In this document: piece by piece, positions 1 through 9,298 of the stretch
How positions within the stretch are numbered: the stretch's first letter is position 1
Layout of the letters: each line of letters opens with the position of its first letter
Origin: an uncultured Bacteroidales bacterium
Lineage (GTDB): Bacteria > Bacteroidota > Bacteroidia > Bacteroidales > Bacteroidaceae
Length of the DNA stretch: 64,000 nucleotides
Assembly: GCA_902788865.1 (NCBI GenBank)
Contig: CADALZ010000006.1
Coordinates: 6,376-70,375, forward strand
Direction of reading: 5' to 3'
Position numbers and translations under genes: made by a program
The notes under the pieces: generated by a model
The model's input: the letters and a program-made list of their open reading frames with translations, nothing else
What the model was told of the DNA's origin: nothing
The model's database searches: none

Positions 1-309
1 ACGTTAGCGCGTATGATGCTTTCTAATCTAATTAAAAATGCTTTTACGCATAACCATGTTGGAGGTACTATCACTATAATGAGTGATACTCGGCAATTTA
101 GCATAATCAATGATGGAAAGTCCCAACCGCTTGACTCTACTCGGATCTTTGAACTTTTCTATCGTGACAATCAGAATGTGTCAGAATATAATGGTAAGCA
201 TTCATCCACAGGCATTGGTCTGGCTCTGGTACGTGCTATTTGTTTGCAGAGTGGACTGAAGATAACCTATCATTTTGAGGAGGGTAGGCACTCTTTCTCT
301 ATAAGTTAA
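1..309 (+). CDS. Sensor histidine kinase, C-terminal HATPase domain (5' partial)
   Basis: N box LSNLIKNAFTH, F box IFELFYR, G2 box STGIGLALV; frame is open from base 1. Confidence 0.85.
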   Translation, partial: TLARMMLSNLIKNAFTHNHVGGTITIMSDTRQFSIINDGKSQPLDSTRIFELFYRDNQNVSEYNGKHSSTGIGLALVRAICLQSGLKITYHFEEGRHSFSIS

Positions 310-420
310 TAAATATTAATTTACTGTCGTTTTTCTTTTTCTACAGAATCTTTTCAGAATTGGTTCAGAATTTTGCTCTCGAAAACAACGAATGTATTAA
401 CTTTTATAAGAAGCAAAATT

Positions 421-864
421 ATGAAACTGAGAGAAAAAATCATGTTGGCACTCTTCGCACTTACTGCTCAGACTGCTGCATTTGCCAGTATAGACAAGCC
501 TGTGACCCTTGAGCAACTACCTGCAACAGCTCAGCAGACTATTAAACAATCTTTCGGAGGCAATAAGATAGCCTTGGCCAAAATGGAATATGAATTATTC
601 GGAAGATCCTATGATATCATTTTCACAAATGGTGACAAAATAGAGTTTGACCGTAAAGGGCAATGGACCAGCGTGCAGTGCAAATCTTCGCAGATACCTT
701 CAGAACTTGTTCCCGAAGCTATCGCTGCTTACGTGAAAAATAATTATCCTGATTTGATTATTAAATCTATTGAACGTGATAGGAAAAACTACGACGTGGA
801 TCTTTCTAATGGATTGGAACTGTCATTTGACAAGACGTTCCACCTTATAGATATAGATGATTGA
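421..864 (+). CDS. PepSY-like / BLIP-like periplasmic protein
   Basis: Signal peptide; repeats LPATAQQTIK..EFDRKGQW and VPEAIAAYVKNNYP..LSFDK; start taken at ATG 421. Confidence 0.85.
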   Translation: MKLREKIMLALFALTAQTAAFASIDKPVTLEQLPATAQQTIKQSFGGNKIALAKMEYELFGRSYDIIFTNGDKIEFDRKGQWTSVQCKSSQIPSELVPEAIAAYVKNNYPDLIIKSIERDRKNYDVDLSNGLELSFDKTFHLIDIDD

Positions 865-888
865 AATATTATTAACTATTAAACCAAA

Positions 889-1341
889 ATGAGTATGAAG
901 AAACAGTTTCTTTTGATGTCTGCGCTTGTTTGCGCTCTTACTTTAACTTTCACTGCTTGTGACAATAATGATGACGATATTCGCTTTAGCGATGTGCCGG
1001 CTAGCGTACAAAGCAGTTTCCAAAATTTGTATGCAGAAACATCAGTGAAGTGGGAAGTTGAGAATGGCTTATATAAGGCCGAGTTGTGGGTTAAAGGAAA
1101 GGAAGTAGATGTGTACTTCAAACCGGATGGTACTTGGGTACGTACAGACAGTGATTTCTCACCTATGGGACTCCCGACAGCAGTCGTTAGCTATGTAGAG
1201 ACAAATTATCCGGATTATCGTATTGATGATGCAGATTATGTAGAAACTCCTACAGGCAACTATTATGAGATTGAGCTGGAAAAGAATGGCACGCGTGATG
1301 TCTATCTAAAGATTACAGAAGAAGGGGCACTTGCAGAATGA
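889..1341 (+). CDS. PepSY-like lipoprotein
   Basis: Lipobox FTAC followed by acidic residues; VPASVQSSF..YFKPDGTW and LPTAVVSYV..YEIELE repeats. Confidence 0.85.
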   Translation: MSMKKQFLLMSALVCALTLTFTACDNNDDDIRFSDVPASVQSSFQNLYAETSVKWEVENGLYKAELWVKGKEVDVYFKPDGTWVRTDSDFSPMGLPTAVVSYVETNYPDYRIDDADYVETPTGNYYEIELEKNGTRDVYLKITEEGALAE

Positions 1342-1367
1342 GTCTCGAAAGTGTTTTGAAACAGAAA

Positions 1368-1404
1368 ACTAAGGCTGGGTCCTAGTAAAGGACTCAGCCT
1401 TAGT
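1368..1404. terminator. Hairpin between convergent genes
   Basis: ACTAAGGCTGGGTCCT / AGGACTCAGCCTTAGT inverted repeat. Confidence 0.65.
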
Positions 1405-1452
1405 CTATAATAATGTAAGTATCTACAATGTTTATGTAGTGCTAGCAAGAAT

Positions 1453-2283
1453 TCATTTCACTTGCCTTGTGATAAACTCCACAGCGATGTCTGTGGCACG
1501 CTCGAGGTCCTTGTTGAAGCCATGGTCTTCACCGGGGAGGATGTAGAGCTCGGCATTGGGGGACTGCTCGGCGTAGCGGATGCCGTAGGTGTAGGGAACG
1601 GTACGGTCGCCAGTGCCATGAATCACGCAGAGCGCACCCTTGAAGTTGGCTGCTGTCTCATAGATAGGCAGGGAGAAGGCGGTGCGGATGTACTCAGTAC
1701 CCAACTTAGCCCGACCACCGAACATCTCGATATACTCACCTTCCAGATTCAGGGGATCGTAATGCGCGCCCATCGTACTGCCACGGATGGCATCATCGCG
1801 CAGCACAGCCGCAGGAGCCATCAGTACTGCGCTCTTGATTTCGGCACCCAACTTACCTGCTACCATACTGGCTACCACGCCACCCTGTGAGTGACCCAGC
1901 ACGCTGACGGTGCTCACGTAACGCAGATCGCGTACATACTCGTACACCTTCAGAGCATCTTCAATCTCCAATGGCACGGTATGACGCCAGAACTCACCTT
2001 CGCTCTCGCCATGTCCGTAGAAGTCGAAACGGATGCTGGCGATGCCCTGAGCCTCCAGCTTATTAGCTATCATGGCCAGGTGATTCTCTGTCTTACGACC
2101 ACCGAAGCCGTGCATGATGATGACCATAGGCACTTTTTCTCCCTGTACCAATTGAGGGGTTTGGATGATGGCGGCCAGCTTACCTTTAGTGCCGTCGATC
2201 GTCAAGGTCTGGGTTTCTGCCTGAGCAGAGAAGCTTGCCAACAACATTGCGGCTGACAAAGCGAAAACGTTGATCAATTTCAT
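1453..2283 (-). CDS. Secreted alpha/beta hydrolase (feruloyl/cinnamoyl esterase-like)
   Basis: Signal peptide, HGFGG, RFDFYGHGESEG, nucleophile GHSQGG, HGTGD and EDHGF. Confidence 0.85.
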   Translation of the reverse strand: MKLINVFALSAAMLLASFSAQAETQTLTIDGTKGKLAAIIQTPQLVQGEKVPMVIIMHGFGGRKTENHLAMIANKLEAQGIASIRFDFYGHGESEGEFWRHTVPLEIEDALKVYEYVRDLRYVSTVSVLGHSQGGVVASMVAGKLGAEIKSAVLMAPAAVLRDDAIRGSTMGAHYDPLNLEGEYIEMFGGRAKLGTEYIRTAFSLPIYETAANFKGALCVIHGTGDRTVPYTYGIRYAEQSPNAELYILPGEDHGFNKDLERATDIAVEFITRQVK

Positions 2284-2368
2284 TCTTTTACCTTTTATTA
2301 GTTATTTATTGAGAATTATTTATCAATGTTTACTCAAGTTTCGCATATATGCAAGTCCACCCTAATAA

Positions 2369-2472
2369 TCCCTCCCCCTCTGGGGGAGGTTAGGAGAGGG
2401 AACGCCTCCTGCATAGGATGAGTGCGAAGCTATGTGTAAGCCCTCACCTTACCTCTCCCAGGGGGAGAGGGA
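2369..2472 (+). repeat. 104-bp palindromic REP-like element, copy A
   Basis: TCCCTCCCCCTCTGGGGGAGGTTAGGAGAGGG...GGGAGAGGGA; similar to 8656-8759 (reverse) and 16980-17083. Confidence 0.85.
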
Positions 2473-2491
2473 CAGAAGTTATTCTTTTTAT

Positions 2492-2584
2492 AACCACAAA
2501 TTTACCGAATTTACCTAATTACCATGCGGCTTGCTTTGGAGGATTGCGCAGCAAAAATTAGTTTAATTCGGTAAATTCGTGGTT
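2492..2584. repeat. Inverted pair AACCACRAATTTACCGAATT
   Basis: Left arm 2492-2511, right arm AATTCGGTAAATTCGTGGTT 2565-2584. Confidence 0.8.
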
Positions 2585-2592
2585 TATTATTA

Positions 2593-5217
2593 TCAATGTT
2601 TATAAATCTTCACGCCACTGAGGTAAGCATCGCCATGGACAGGATCGAAGCAGACCTCGACGTGGTCGGTGTTGTTCTGCACGATGTACTTGCGTACCAT
2701 AGCCGTGCTGGCACCACTCTGAGCCACAGGAGAGAGGGTGTCGAACGTCTGGCCATTGATAGTCACGCTGAAGGTGGTAGGAGTGCTGGCTGCACCACTG
2801 TCTGCACCCAGTAGGTAAGCGGATGCACGGCCACCACCACCGAACTCAGCGAAGTGGAGCTCCACCTCATACGTGCCCTTAGGCACATCGAAGCGATAGC
2901 CCTCGATGCCAGAGCGCTGTGACTGGTAGAGCGGACCGTCGTGCGTAGCGAATATCTCACTGGTGGACGTCTTCTCCGTGCCACCCAGATAGCCCCAGCT
3001 GCCCTCGGTATAAGGCTGGTCGGGCACCCATGTGAAGCCAGTGACATCGCTGGTGAAGAAGCAGTTGCTTCCCACATTGACACCCAGCTCCAGACCTTCG
3101 ACATTCTCTGCCGTGATCTTTGCTGGCACAGCAGTGAACTGGAGGCGCAGCGCATCTTCTACCTGACGGCCCTGCCAAGTGCCACGAGCCACCAAAACAG
3201 GCTCACCAGCCTGGAATGGTACCTGGAAGATAGCGATATGGTCGTTTGCACGCTGGGTACCCAAGGACTTACCATCCATGAACAACTCTACAGAAGGCAG
3301 GTTGGTGTAGATCTTCACAGGCTGCGTCATGGCCTGATTGCCCTGCTGGACACCTGCACGGATGTTCCAGTCGCGGCTGGCGATGTGCAGCACTGGGATA
3401 TCACTGCGCCAGTAAGCCTGGAAGTAGTAATAGACATCCTTCGGTGTGCGGTCGTTGTAAGTGATACCCTTGTTGTTGATACGTGGGGTGGACTCAGCAC
3501 GAGAGGCCGAAGAGAAGTCGATGAAGTTCCAGTAGGTACCACCCATGATATAAGGAGCCTTCTCGATGGCAGGCACATAGTGCTCGATGTAGAGCTGCTG
3601 GTACTCACTGCTGAAGTCGAAACGGATAGGAGCGAGGGAGTGCAGACGCTTATCGGAACCAGCGCCATACTCACTGACAATCATCGGGTGGGTAGGGTGG
3701 TCACGGTGCTGATCGGCCATCCACTTGTCGAAGTCGTTGAAATCGGCTCCGTACCAGCCGTTGTAGATGTTCCAACCCACCACGTCGGTCACCTCACTGA
3801 TACCTATCTCATTATACGCATCGCTGCCATGGAACGCCATGGTGCTGAGGCGGGTAGGATCCTCGGTCTTGACGATATTCTCCATGCTGTTGGCCAGCGC
3901 CATGATGCGGTCGTGGTTGACCTTCTTCTCAGCTTCGGAAGCGCGGGAGTAGCCATCGAGCAGCAGGATCTCGTTCATATAACCCCACAGGATGACGCTG
4001 GGGTGATTGTAGTGCTGGCGAATCATCTCGCGCAGGTTGTTCTCTGCATACTCATTATGATGAGGCAGGTCGGGCACGGAGTTCACGGTAGGCACCTCTT
4101 CCCACACCAAGATGCCCAGCTTGTCGCACATCTCCAGGATGGCCTCGTCTTGTGGGTAGTGACTGATGCGGATAAAGTTAGTACCCATAGCCTTCATGAG
4201 CAGCATGTCGCGGCGGTGCATCTCATCGGTGAGCGCTGAACCTACAGGATACTGGTCCTGATGACGGCACATGCCATGCAGTTTATACGCCTTGCCGTTG
4301 AGGAAGAATCCCTTGTCGGCATCGAAGCTGAACCAACGGAAAGCGGTGTTCACGGTACGCTCATCGAGCACACGGCCCGACTTGCGGTCCTTCACGGTGG
4401 CCTTCATCGTGTAGAGGGCTGGTGTCTCAGGGGTCCAGAGCTGTGGATTCATCACAGGCTTGGTCAGCGCCTGGAACTGGTAGTCCTCACCAGCTTTCAC
4501 TTGGATGCGTTGCTTGAGGCTTTGTACCAGCGTACCTGCAGGACTGTAGAGCGCGTATTCCAGTTCGAGGTTCTGCTTGGCAGCGGTCTCGTTCTTCAGC
4601 GTACCACGGATGCTCACGGTAGCCTGTGCCTCAGACACCTCAGGCGTGTTCACGAAGATACCGTCGGAAGCCATGTTGGTCATGTCGAAGTGAACCTGCT
4701 CAGAGGCCATCAGCCACACGTCACGGTTGATGCCACCGAAGAAGGTGAAGTCGGCCGAGTTAGGAATAATCTCCGGACGGTTGTTGTCCACCTTCACTGC
4801 CAGTACGTTGTCGCCAGCAGCGTTGAGGTAGTCGGTGATGTCATAGCAGAAAGCCGTGTAGCCTCCTTGATGCTCAGGAAGTGCACGTCCGTTGATAAAA
4901 GGCGTGGCAGCCTTGCCAGCGCTCTCGAAGTAGAGGTAGATGCGCTTACCCTGCCAACGCTGCGGCACCTGCAGCACCTTGCGGTACCAGCCAATGCCCT
5001 GATGGTAGTTGCGCACGGTATAAGCATCGGTATTCCACGTATGAGGGAGGTTGATGTGGTCCCAGTCTTTGTCCTGAGCCTCCGTTGAAGCAGCATCAGT
5101 GACATCGCCCAAGTGGAAACGCCAGCTGTCATTGATACTCATTTTCTCTGTCTGTGCCTGCACCATGGTGGCCATGAGCAGGGCGACGATTGCGGTAAAT
5201 AGTCTGTTGCTTTTCAT
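2593..5217 (-). CDS. GH2 glycoside hydrolase with C-terminal malectin/CBM57-like domain (probable beta-glucuronidase)
   Basis: Signal peptide from ATG 5217; FIRISHYPQ, WGYMNE, VSEYGAG, NNKG; C-terminal PLYQSQR..YEVELHFAE. Confidence 0.9.
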   Translation of the reverse strand: MKSNRLFTAIVALLMATMVQAQTEKMSINDSWRFHLGDVTDAASTEAQDKDWDHINLPHTWNTDAYTVRNYHQGIGWYRKVLQVPQRWQGKRIYLYFESAGKAATPFINGRALPEHQGGYTAFCYDITDYLNAAGDNVLAVKVDNNRPEIIPNSADFTFFGGINRDVWLMASEQVHFDMTNMASDGIFVNTPEVSEAQATVSIRGTLKNETAAKQNLELEYALYSPAGTLVQSLKQRIQVKAGEDYQFQALTKPVMNPQLWTPETPALYTMKATVKDRKSGRVLDERTVNTAFRWFSFDADKGFFLNGKAYKLHGMCRHQDQYPVGSALTDEMHRRDMLLMKAMGTNFIRISHYPQDEAILEMCDKLGILVWEEVPTVNSVPDLPHHNEYAENNLREMIRQHYNHPSVILWGYMNEILLLDGYSRASEAEKKVNHDRIMALANSMENIVKTEDPTRLSTMAFHGSDAYNEIGISEVTDVVGWNIYNGWYGADFNDFDKWMADQHRDHPTHPMIVSEYGAGSDKRLHSLAPIRFDFSSEYQQLYIEHYVPAIEKAPYIMGGTYWNFIDFSSASRAESTPRINNKGITYNDRTPKDVYYYFQAYWRSDIPVLHIASRDWNIRAGVQQGNQAMTQPVKIYTNLPSVELFMDGKSLGTQRANDHIAIFQVPFQAGEPVLVARGTWQGRQVEDALRLQFTAVPAKITAENVEGLELGVNVGSNCFFTSDVTGFTWVPDQPYTEGSWGYLGGTEKTSTSEIFATHDGPLYQSQRSGIEGYRFDVPKGTYEVELHFAEFGGGGRASAYLLGADSGAASTPTTFSVTINGQTFDTLSPVAQSGASTAMVRKYIVQNNTDHVEVCFDPVHGDAYLSGVKIYKH

Positions 5218-5237
5218 AGTTTGACATTTATTTGAAG

Positions 5238-5313
5238 CAAAGGTAAATAAATAATGTGAAATGACCAAATATTGTGTCTTTATTGGTGGATTAGGAAATT
5301 ATTTCTACTTTTG
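5238..5313. promoter_or_regulatory. Divergent Bacteroidetes -7 boxes
   Basis: TACCTTTG on minus (5245-5238) and TACTTTTG on plus (5306-5313) between GH2 and GH92. Confidence 0.6.
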
Positions 5314-5350
5314 TAAAAAGATAGTGGAAAAATTATACCTTATTAATAGT

Positions 5351-7558
5351 ATGAGAAACATCAAACTGGCTTTCATTATGTGTCTGTCTGTGGGTTTGGC
5401 GGCCTGCGGGACAGCTCCTGTTTCAGAGAGATATACCGACTATGTGAACCCGCTGATAGGTACGGGCGGGCATGGTCATGTGTTTGTTGGGGCCAATGTG
5501 CCCTTCGGACTGGTACAGCTGGGACCCACCAGCATCCCACAGGAGTGGGACTGGTGCAGCGGCTACCACGAGAGCGACAGCACCGTGATAGGTTACTCGC
5601 ATACCCACCTCAGTGGAACGGGTATCGGTGACCTGTTTGATGTGACGGTGATGCCTGTGACAGGGAAGGTGACCTATGCCCGTGGTACGGAGGAAGACCC
5701 TCAGAGCGGACTGTGGAGCTATAGCGACCGCAGTCGTGAGCAGGTACGTCCGGGCTATTACAAAGGCTATCTGACACGCTATGGTGTGCAGGCTGAACTG
5801 ACTGCCACGAAGCGTGTAGGGTTGCATCGCTATACGTTCGATAAGTCCGAGGAGGGAGCCATCGTAATCGACCTTCAGAATGGTGGATGTTGGGACACGG
5901 CCACGGAGGGTTATATCCGTCAGATAGACGATCATTCGTTTGAAGGGTATCGCTATTCGAAGGGGTGGGCCAACGATCAGCGCATCTTCTTCTATGCCGA
6001 GTTTGCGGAGCCTATCAAGAGTCTGCGACTGGTGGCCGATGGTCTGGAGACACGTGGACAGGTGGCTAAGGCACGTACGGTCTATGCCCGGGCAGAGGTG
6101 GATGCCAGCAAGCCTGTGATGCTGAAGGTGGCCTTGTCGCCTACCAGCATGGAAGCTGCTCGTGCCAATATGGAAGCAGAGCTGAGCGGTTGGGATTTCG
6201 AGGCTGTCTGCGCAGAGGCCGACAAGGCTTGGAATGCGGAGCTGGGGAAGGTCTATGTCAGTACGAAGGATGCCTCGGCCCGTACCACCTTCTATACCGC
6301 CCTCTATCATACCATGATAGCTCCCAGTGAGTTCTGCGACGTGGATGGCAGCTACTATGGAGCCGACCATGAGATGCATGCAGATGCCAGTGGTGTAACC
6401 AACTATACTACCTTCAGCCTGTGGGATACCTACAGGGCTGCCCATCCGTTGCTTACTATCCTGCAGCCTGCACGAGTGCCTGACATGGTGAACACCATGC
6501 TGCGCATCTTCAAGGAGCAAGGGAAGTTGCCTGTGTGGCACCTGATGGGGTGTGAGACCGATTGTATGGTGGGCTATCCTGCTATTCCTGTGGTGGCTGA
6601 CGCGGTGTTGAAAGGTTTTGCTGGCATAGACCCAGAGGAAGCCTATGAAGCCATGAAGCAGACAGCCATGCTGGAGGAGCGAGGCAATGGGGCACGCATG
6701 ACGTATGGCTATATCCCCTGGGATACGATGAAGGAGTCTGTGGCCTATGAATTGGAATATGATTTGGCCGACTGGGCTTTGGCTCAGGTGGCTCAGATGC
6801 TCGGTAAGTCAGAGGATTACGAGTATTTCTTAAAGCGAAGCAAGCTGTATCAGAATCTTTTCGACCCAGCCACACGCTTCCTGCGTGGCAAGGGGACGGA
6901 TGGGACGTTCCATGAGCCTTTTGACCCCTTCGGGTCTTCGCATCAGAACGATGACTATACCGAGGGTACGGCCTGGCAGTACACCTGGCTGGTGCCTCAC
7001 GATGTAGAGGGATTGGTGGACTTGATGGGCGGTAAGCAGCCTTTCTTGCAGAAGTTGGATTCACTCTTCGTGGTAGAGGGTGACATGGGGGAAGATGCTT
7101 CGCCAGACATCAGCGGACTGATAGGGCAGTATGCGCATGGCAATGAGCCCAGCCATCATGTGGTGTATATGTACGCCATGGTGGGAGAGCCCGACAAGAC
7201 AGCTGAGAAGGTACGCCTGGTGCTGAAGGAGATGTATTTCGACCAGCCCGACGGACTGTCGGGCAACGAGGACGTAGGTCAGATGTCGGCTTGGTATATC
7301 CTTTCTTCCATGGGCTTCTACCAGCCGGAGCCTGCAGGCGGACGCTATTATTTCGGCTCGCCACTCTTCGATGAGGTGGTGATCAAGTTGCCTGCCGGTA
7401 GCTTCACCGTGCGGGCGGTGGACAACAGTGCCGAGAATATCTACATCCAGTCGGTCACCCTGAATGGTGAGCCCTATAGTTTGCCTTACATTGATTATCA
7501 AGCCATCATGCGGGGTGGGGTGCTGGAATTCCAGATGGGGAGCACACCGAGACACTAA
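5351..7558 (+). CDS. GH92 alpha-1,2-mannosidase-family lipoprotein
   Basis: Lipobox LAAC; YVNPLIGTGGHGH, HTHLSGTG, FSLWDTYRA, HGNEPSHH, GNEDVGQMSAW. Confidence 0.93.
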   Translation: MRNIKLAFIMCLSVGLAACGTAPVSERYTDYVNPLIGTGGHGHVFVGANVPFGLVQLGPTSIPQEWDWCSGYHESDSTVIGYSHTHLSGTGIGDLFDVTVMPVTGKVTYARGTEEDPQSGLWSYSDRSREQVRPGYYKGYLTRYGVQAELTATKRVGLHRYTFDKSEEGAIVIDLQNGGCWDTATEGYIRQIDDHSFEGYRYSKGWANDQRIFFYAEFAEPIKSLRLVADGLETRGQVAKARTVYARAEVDASKPVMLKVALSPTSMEAARANMEAELSGWDFEAVCAEADKAWNAELGKVYVSTKDASARTTFYTALYHTMIAPSEFCDVDGSYYGADHEMHADASGVTNYTTFSLWDTYRAAHPLLTILQPARVPDMVNTMLRIFKEQGKLPVWHLMGCETDCMVGYPAIPVVADAVLKGFAGIDPEEAYEAMKQTAMLEERGNGARMTYGYIPWDTMKESVAYELEYDLADWALAQVAQMLGKSEDYEYFLKRSKLYQNLFDPATRFLRGKGTDGTFHEPFDPFGSSHQNDDYTEGTAWQYTWLVPHDVEGLVDLMGGKQPFLQKLDSLFVVEGDMGEDASPDISGLIGQYAHGNEPSHHVVYMYAMVGEPDKTAEKVRLVLKEMYFDQPDGLSGNEDVGQMSAWYILSSMGFYQPEPAGGRYYFGSPLFDEVVIKLPAGSFTVRAVDNSAENIYIQSVTLNGEPYSLPYIDYQAIMRGGVLEFQMGSTPRH

Positions 7559-7640
7559 ATGCACTTTTTTGTTGGATTATTTGTTATTTTTTTAGCTTTG
7601 CACTACTTTTGTGCCAATATATTATAAAATTTGATAAACT

Positions 7641-8504
7641 ATGAGACTTGACGGAAGACGAGAAAGCTCGAATGTGGACGACCGCAGAAGTTTGAGCGGC
7701 GGTGCGAAAGCAGGTATGGGTATCGGTGGCCTGGTAGTGGTGGCACTGATTACTTGGTTTATGGGTGGAAACCCTCTGAGCGTGCTGCAGAATGCAGATA
7801 TGGGTAGCTTGATTACTACCGGTGATGGTACACAGCGTGAGATGACTGCCGAGGAAGAAGAACTCGCTAAGTTCTCTCGCCAGATACTTGCCAGTACCGA
7901 AGATGTATGGACCAAAGTGTTCCAGCAGTATGGTCGGACGTATCAGGCACCTACCATGGTGCTCTTCACCAACTCCGTGCGTTCGGGTTGTGGACAGGCC
8001 ACAGCCTCTGTAGGTCCGTTCTACTGTTCTGCCGACCAGTGCCTGTATATCGACCTTTCTTTCTTCAGCTCTATGCGACAGCAGCTGGGGGCCGATGGAG
8101 ACTTTGCCTACGCCTATGTGATAGCGCATGAGGTGGGACACCATGTGCAGTACCTTCTGGGTACGCTCGACAGTGCGCACGACCAGATGGCTCGTGTGTC
8201 TGAAACGCAGAGCAACCGCATCAGTGTGCGTATAGAGTTGCAGGCCGACTACTATGCCGGTGTATGGGGCTACTATGAGAACCAGTTGTTCAGATCGCTG
8301 GAGCAGGGTGATGTGGAAGAAGCCATCAACTGTTCACTGGTGATCGGTGACGACTACCTGCAGAAGAAGGCACAGGGCTACGCCGTGCCAGAGAGCTTCA
8401 ATCATGGTACGTCAGAGCAGCGCAGACGTTGGCTGACCAAGGGTCTCACCACTGGTGATATGACCAAGGCTAATACCTTTGAGCTGAGCGATAGCCAGCT
8501 TTAA
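7641..8504 (+). CDS. Neutral zinc metallopeptidase (YpfJ-like)
   Basis: RESSNVDDRR N-terminus, GPFYC, AHEVGHHVQ, ELQADYYAG, HGTSEQR. Confidence 0.9.
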   Translation: MRLDGRRESSNVDDRRSLSGGAKAGMGIGGLVVVALITWFMGGNPLSVLQNADMGSLITTGDGTQREMTAEEEELAKFSRQILASTEDVWTKVFQQYGRTYQAPTMVLFTNSVRSGCGQATASVGPFYCSADQCLYIDLSFFSSMRQQLGADGDFAYAYVIAHEVGHHVQYLLGTLDSAHDQMARVSETQSNRISVRIELQADYYAGVWGYYENQLFRSLEQGDVEEAINCSLVIGDDYLQKKAQGYAVPESFNHGTSEQRRRWLTKGLTTGDMTKANTFELSDSQL

Positions 8505-8587
8505 TCTTTAGCTTAAAGATTAAAATTAAAAAATTATAAGATTAAAAGATTATAAAATTATAGCTTCGCAAGCCTTTTATTAATCAT

Positions 8588-8759
8588 TCCCTCTCCCTCT
8601 GGGAGAGGTTCCTCAAATGTATCCCTCTCCCTCTGGAAGAGGTCTTCAAACCCTATCCCTCTCCCTCTGGGAGAGGTCAGGAGAGGGCTTTCATACAGCA
8701 TTGCGTTCATTCTATGCAGGTGGCGTTCCCTCTCCTGACCTCCCCCAGAGGGGGAGGGA
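8588..8759 (-). repeat. REP-like element copy B plus two partial units
   Basis: 8656-8759 is the reverse complement of the 104-bp unit; extra CCCTCTCCCTCTGG units to its left. Confidence 0.85.
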
Positions 8760-8824
8760 AAATAAGTAGGTCTCTGTCGCTCCTTCGGAGCTATCATGCA
8801 AAAACTTGAATTAAAAGATTAAAT

Positions 8825-8863
8825 AAAAAAATGTCCCGAGTCGTATGACCCGGGACATTTTTT
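8825..8863. terminator. Bidirectional intrinsic terminator
   Basis: AAAAAATGTCCCGAGTC-GTAT-GACCCGGGACATTTTTT between convergent genes. Confidence 0.8.
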
Positions 8864-8865
8864 AT

Positions 8866-8900
8866 TCTCTAGACTCTAGACTCTAAACTCTAAACCCTAA
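8866..8900. repeat. Heptamer tandem repeat (ACTCTAR x5, degenerate)
   Basis: TCTCTAG ACTCTAG ACTCTAA ACTCTAA ACCCTAA next to a stop codon. Confidence 0.8.
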
Positions 8901-8901
8901 A

Positions 8902-9231
8902 CTAGTAAGACATTACAGGAGGCAGAGCCTTAGCCTGATCAATCATCTTCTTCACTTCCTTTAATACAGGAACACGACGGGTGAGGTGCTTCACCTCATT
9001 GGTCTCTTCCAGTTTCTTCTGCAAATTTTCTGGAACGCGCTTTGAGAGTTCTTTCACGGTGTCAACGCCAGCAGCTTCGAGCAATTCTGCAAACTGTGGG
9101 CCGATGCCCTTGATACGGAACAGGTCTGCATGGTTGGTCCATGTCAGAATCAAGTCACTGCTGATACCAGTCTCTGCTGCCAGAGCCTTGCGGCCTGCAG
9201 GGGCTGCACATTTTTCCAATAACTCACCAGG
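8902..9231 (-). pseudogene. DUF4332 helix-hairpin-helix protein, apparently 5'-truncated
   Basis: ADLFRIKGIGPQFAELLEAAGVDTVKEL motif; upstream reads stop-P-G-E-L-L-E-K-C with no ATG and no first HhH motif. Confidence 0.65.
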
Positions 9232-9298
9232 TTAAATAATACTTGGAATCAAAAGTAATATATCTAAAAATAAAATCAAAATAATTTTCGATTAAAAA

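Noticed and set aside
2941-5088. Long plus-strand ORFs (432 and 275 aa), and similar ones at 5423-6541, 13305-14747 and 61792-63801
   Set aside because: Antisense shadows of well-supported genes (GH2, GH92, flippase-HAD, uvrA)
8558-8797. Short ORFs over palindromic repeats (also 16970-17194 and 29093-29653)
   Set aside because: Translations simply reflect the repeat sequence
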